Positions 62,148-64,000 of a stretch of 64,000 bases of DNA are shown piece by piece. Every line of letters begins with the position of its first letter. The first letter of the stretch is position 1. The position numbers were made by a program, and so were the translations under genes. The notes below the pieces were generated by a model. That model ran no database searches. It was not told where the DNA came from and saw only the letters and a program-made list of their open reading frames with translations. Source of the stretch: Elsinoe ampelina (lineage: Eukaryota); NCBI GenBank assembly GCA_010093995.1, contig ML992511.1:1082172-1146171 (forward strand). Reading direction: 5' to 3'.

Positions 62148-62747
62148 GCCTGTGCCTTTCAATAACCGTGCTGCTAGGCTTCTTGGTTCGAATTTTCCGA
62201 CTTGTTCGTAGCACACGCTGCCATGCCAGCAACGCTTATGTCGTATCGTTGGAAAACTTTAGTATTTTCTAATGAAGCTCAACTGTGCAGGACATACATG
62301 CTGAATCGTCGAAGTCTTGTATATGATTAGAAGGGAGCAATTTTGTGGAAAGTGGTTGATGTATACAAATGCTTGGCGAAATGGGCGGCAACCACATCAT
62401 AGATCCGCACGACAGGAATCAACAGCGAGAAACGGTGAAAAGACCAATACAATGACTTCATTCATCTTATCCAAACAGCGATCGACTATGCGTATACCCC
62501 GTCGTAAACAAAAACGCCATCGCTCGTGCACCCACGCCCGTTCATAATCGGACTGTGTACCACCCAACTGTATCAAGAATATCTGTCTCAATTCCCTTCA
62601 TCACTGCTCAACCACACTCCCCCTCTGCTCCTCCAGTCTCTCGCACAACCCCTCCCCATAACTCCCACACAACCTCCTCGTCACTCCACCCCATCTCACC
62701 GTCCTCACTGTCCTCCTCCCCCTTCTGGGTCCCGGCGGCGCGCCCTC

Positions 62748-64000
62748 CTAAGACCCCCCGCTCATCGTCGTCGATCTACTCCCCGCCCAACTCGCGCTCC
62801 CATCGCTCGGCGTGGCGGGCGTGCTCGGCTCCAGACTCAATTGACTCCTCAGCTGCATGATCCACTCATGGCCTAGCAGTTCTGCGGCCGAAGGGCGTTT
62901 CGCCGGGTCGCGCTCGAAACATTTCTCAATGAAATTCAGTCCCTGTTCGGACAGCTGGTCCTGGCTGGGTAGCTGAGGCGGATTGCCCTGCGCGATGTTG
63001 TACATGATGGCCCACTCGTTATCGAGACTAGCCCATGGTCGACGACCCGTTGCCATCTCCAAGATGACGCACCCGAGAGACCAAATATCAACAGCGCCGT
63101 GGCGGGAGCCGGCATTGTTGCCACCCTTGATGACTTCGGGGGACATGTACATGGGCGTGCCGGTCATGGATTTTTGAGGTCCGCCGCGTCCGGGGTCGCC
63201 GACGAGGGTCTTGCCTTGTTTGGCAATGACCTTTGCGGCGCCGAAGTCGACGAACTTGATCACACCGTTGTGGTCCAGGAGGATATTTTCTGGCTTGATG
63301 TCTCGGTGGACAACGCTTGCTTCGTGTAGGTAGGCGAGACCTTCGAGCATTTGGAGGGCGTAGACTTGGACGACGGTTTCGTCTTCGATGCGGCCGTGTT
63401 CGAGGAGACCGGCGAGAGAGCCACCTGAGCAGTATTCCATAAAGATGTAGACCTTGTCTCGGTGGGGTTCGATACCGTAGTAGCTGACAATGTTGGGGTG
63501 ATCGAGGACTTGGAGAACACCCATCTCGTCCCGGATTTGTGAGACAATCGTCGGTATCAACTGTGGGTCTTGCAAGCGAATCTCTTTGACCGCCATGAGA
63601 TGTCCCGTGTCAAGATTGATGGCGGCGTAGACGGATCCAAAGGTGCCACCACCGACGAACTGCCCTTGTTGCCATCGTAGGACGACGTTGCCGGCCGAAG
63701 CGGACAGATACGTCAAAGCACGGTCGGCTTCGTTGCTGTCTTCCAAAACTCGACCCAACGCTTGTCGTTCTGCCTCACGCTCTTTTCGCACTTCATCTAG
63801 AGTGCGAAGTTGTTCGGCCCACTGCTCTCTAACCAAGCGGGATGACTCTTCATCGTCCTTGAGCTTGCTGACATCCATGCGGAGCTTACCCGCCATCTGT
63901 TCCAACCGCTGTTTCTCCGCTTGCGCTGCCACAGTTGATCGTGCGCCCATGATGTCGAAATGGGAGATGAGTAGAGACATGCAGCCTCCGACCTTTGTCC
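62748..64000 (-). CDS. SSK2: HOG-pathway MAP kinase kinase kinase, C-terminal kinase domain (5' part lies outside the window)
   Basis: SHFDIMGAR, RWQQGQFVGGGTFGSVY, MAVKEIRLQD, HRDIKPEN, DFGAAK, GTPMYMSPE, LDNEWAIMYNIA. Confidence 0.93.
   Translation of the reverse strand, partial: TKVGGCMSLLISHFDIMGARSTVAAQAEKQRLEQMAGKLRMDVSKLKDDEESSRLVREQWAEQLRTLDEVRKEREAERQALGRVLEDSNEADRALTYLSASAGNVVLRWQQGQFVGGGTFGSVYAAINLDTGHLMAVKEIRLQDPQLIPTIVSQIRDEMGVLQVLDHPNIVSYYGIEPHRDKVYIFMEYCSGGSLAGLLEHGRIEDETVVQVYALQMLEGLAYLHEASVVHRDIKPENILLDHNGVIKFVDFGAAKVIAKQGKTLVGDPGRGGPQKSMTGTPMYMSPEVIKGGNNAGSRHGAVDIWSLGCVILEMATGRRPWASLDNEWAIMYNIAQGNPPQLPSQDQLSEQGLNFIEKCFERDPAKRPSAAELLGHEWIMQLRSQLSLEPSTPATPSDGSASWAGSRSTTMSGGS

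Overview
Eukaryotic, gene-dense, intron-containing DNA from a filamentous ascomycete (short CTRAC/YAG introns, RIP-mutated transposon). The exact taxon cannot be determined from the sequence. About 24 protein-coding genes can be modelled by hand: a short heme-thiolate peroxygenase; two paralogous non-canonical Hsp70 (HSPA12-like) genes flanking a coiled-coil gene; a PhoD-like phosphatase; WHI2; a sterol-desaturase-like gene; an alpha/beta hydrolase; ARG1; a butanediol-dehydrogenase-like ADH; a FYV6/FAM192A-like gene; an aldo-keto reductase; an LtrA-like gene; COX19; a bHLH factor; SFT2; homogentisate dioxygenase; TRM11; the 3' end of SSK2; and several hypotheticals. A complete, heavily RIP-mutated Ty1/copia element (18611-23830, 257-bp LTRs, ATGGT target-site duplication, internal N gap) and a MITE-like foldback are present. 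Most interesting observations: (1) the Hsp70-like / coiled-coil / Hsp70-like module, a candidate dedicated chaperone-cofactor system; (2) two conserved genes whose family motif is restored only by AT-initiated introns (AT-AC and AT-AA), plus three GC-AG introns; (3) about nine sharp C-rich-to-G-rich skew switches that occur in genes and in intergenic DNA; (4) a 181-codon AUG-less in-frame extension of WHI2; (5) a long hairpin in TRM11 intron 1 that pairs the two splice sites of a cryptic in-frame exon. All gene models and alignments were made by eye and no database searches were run.
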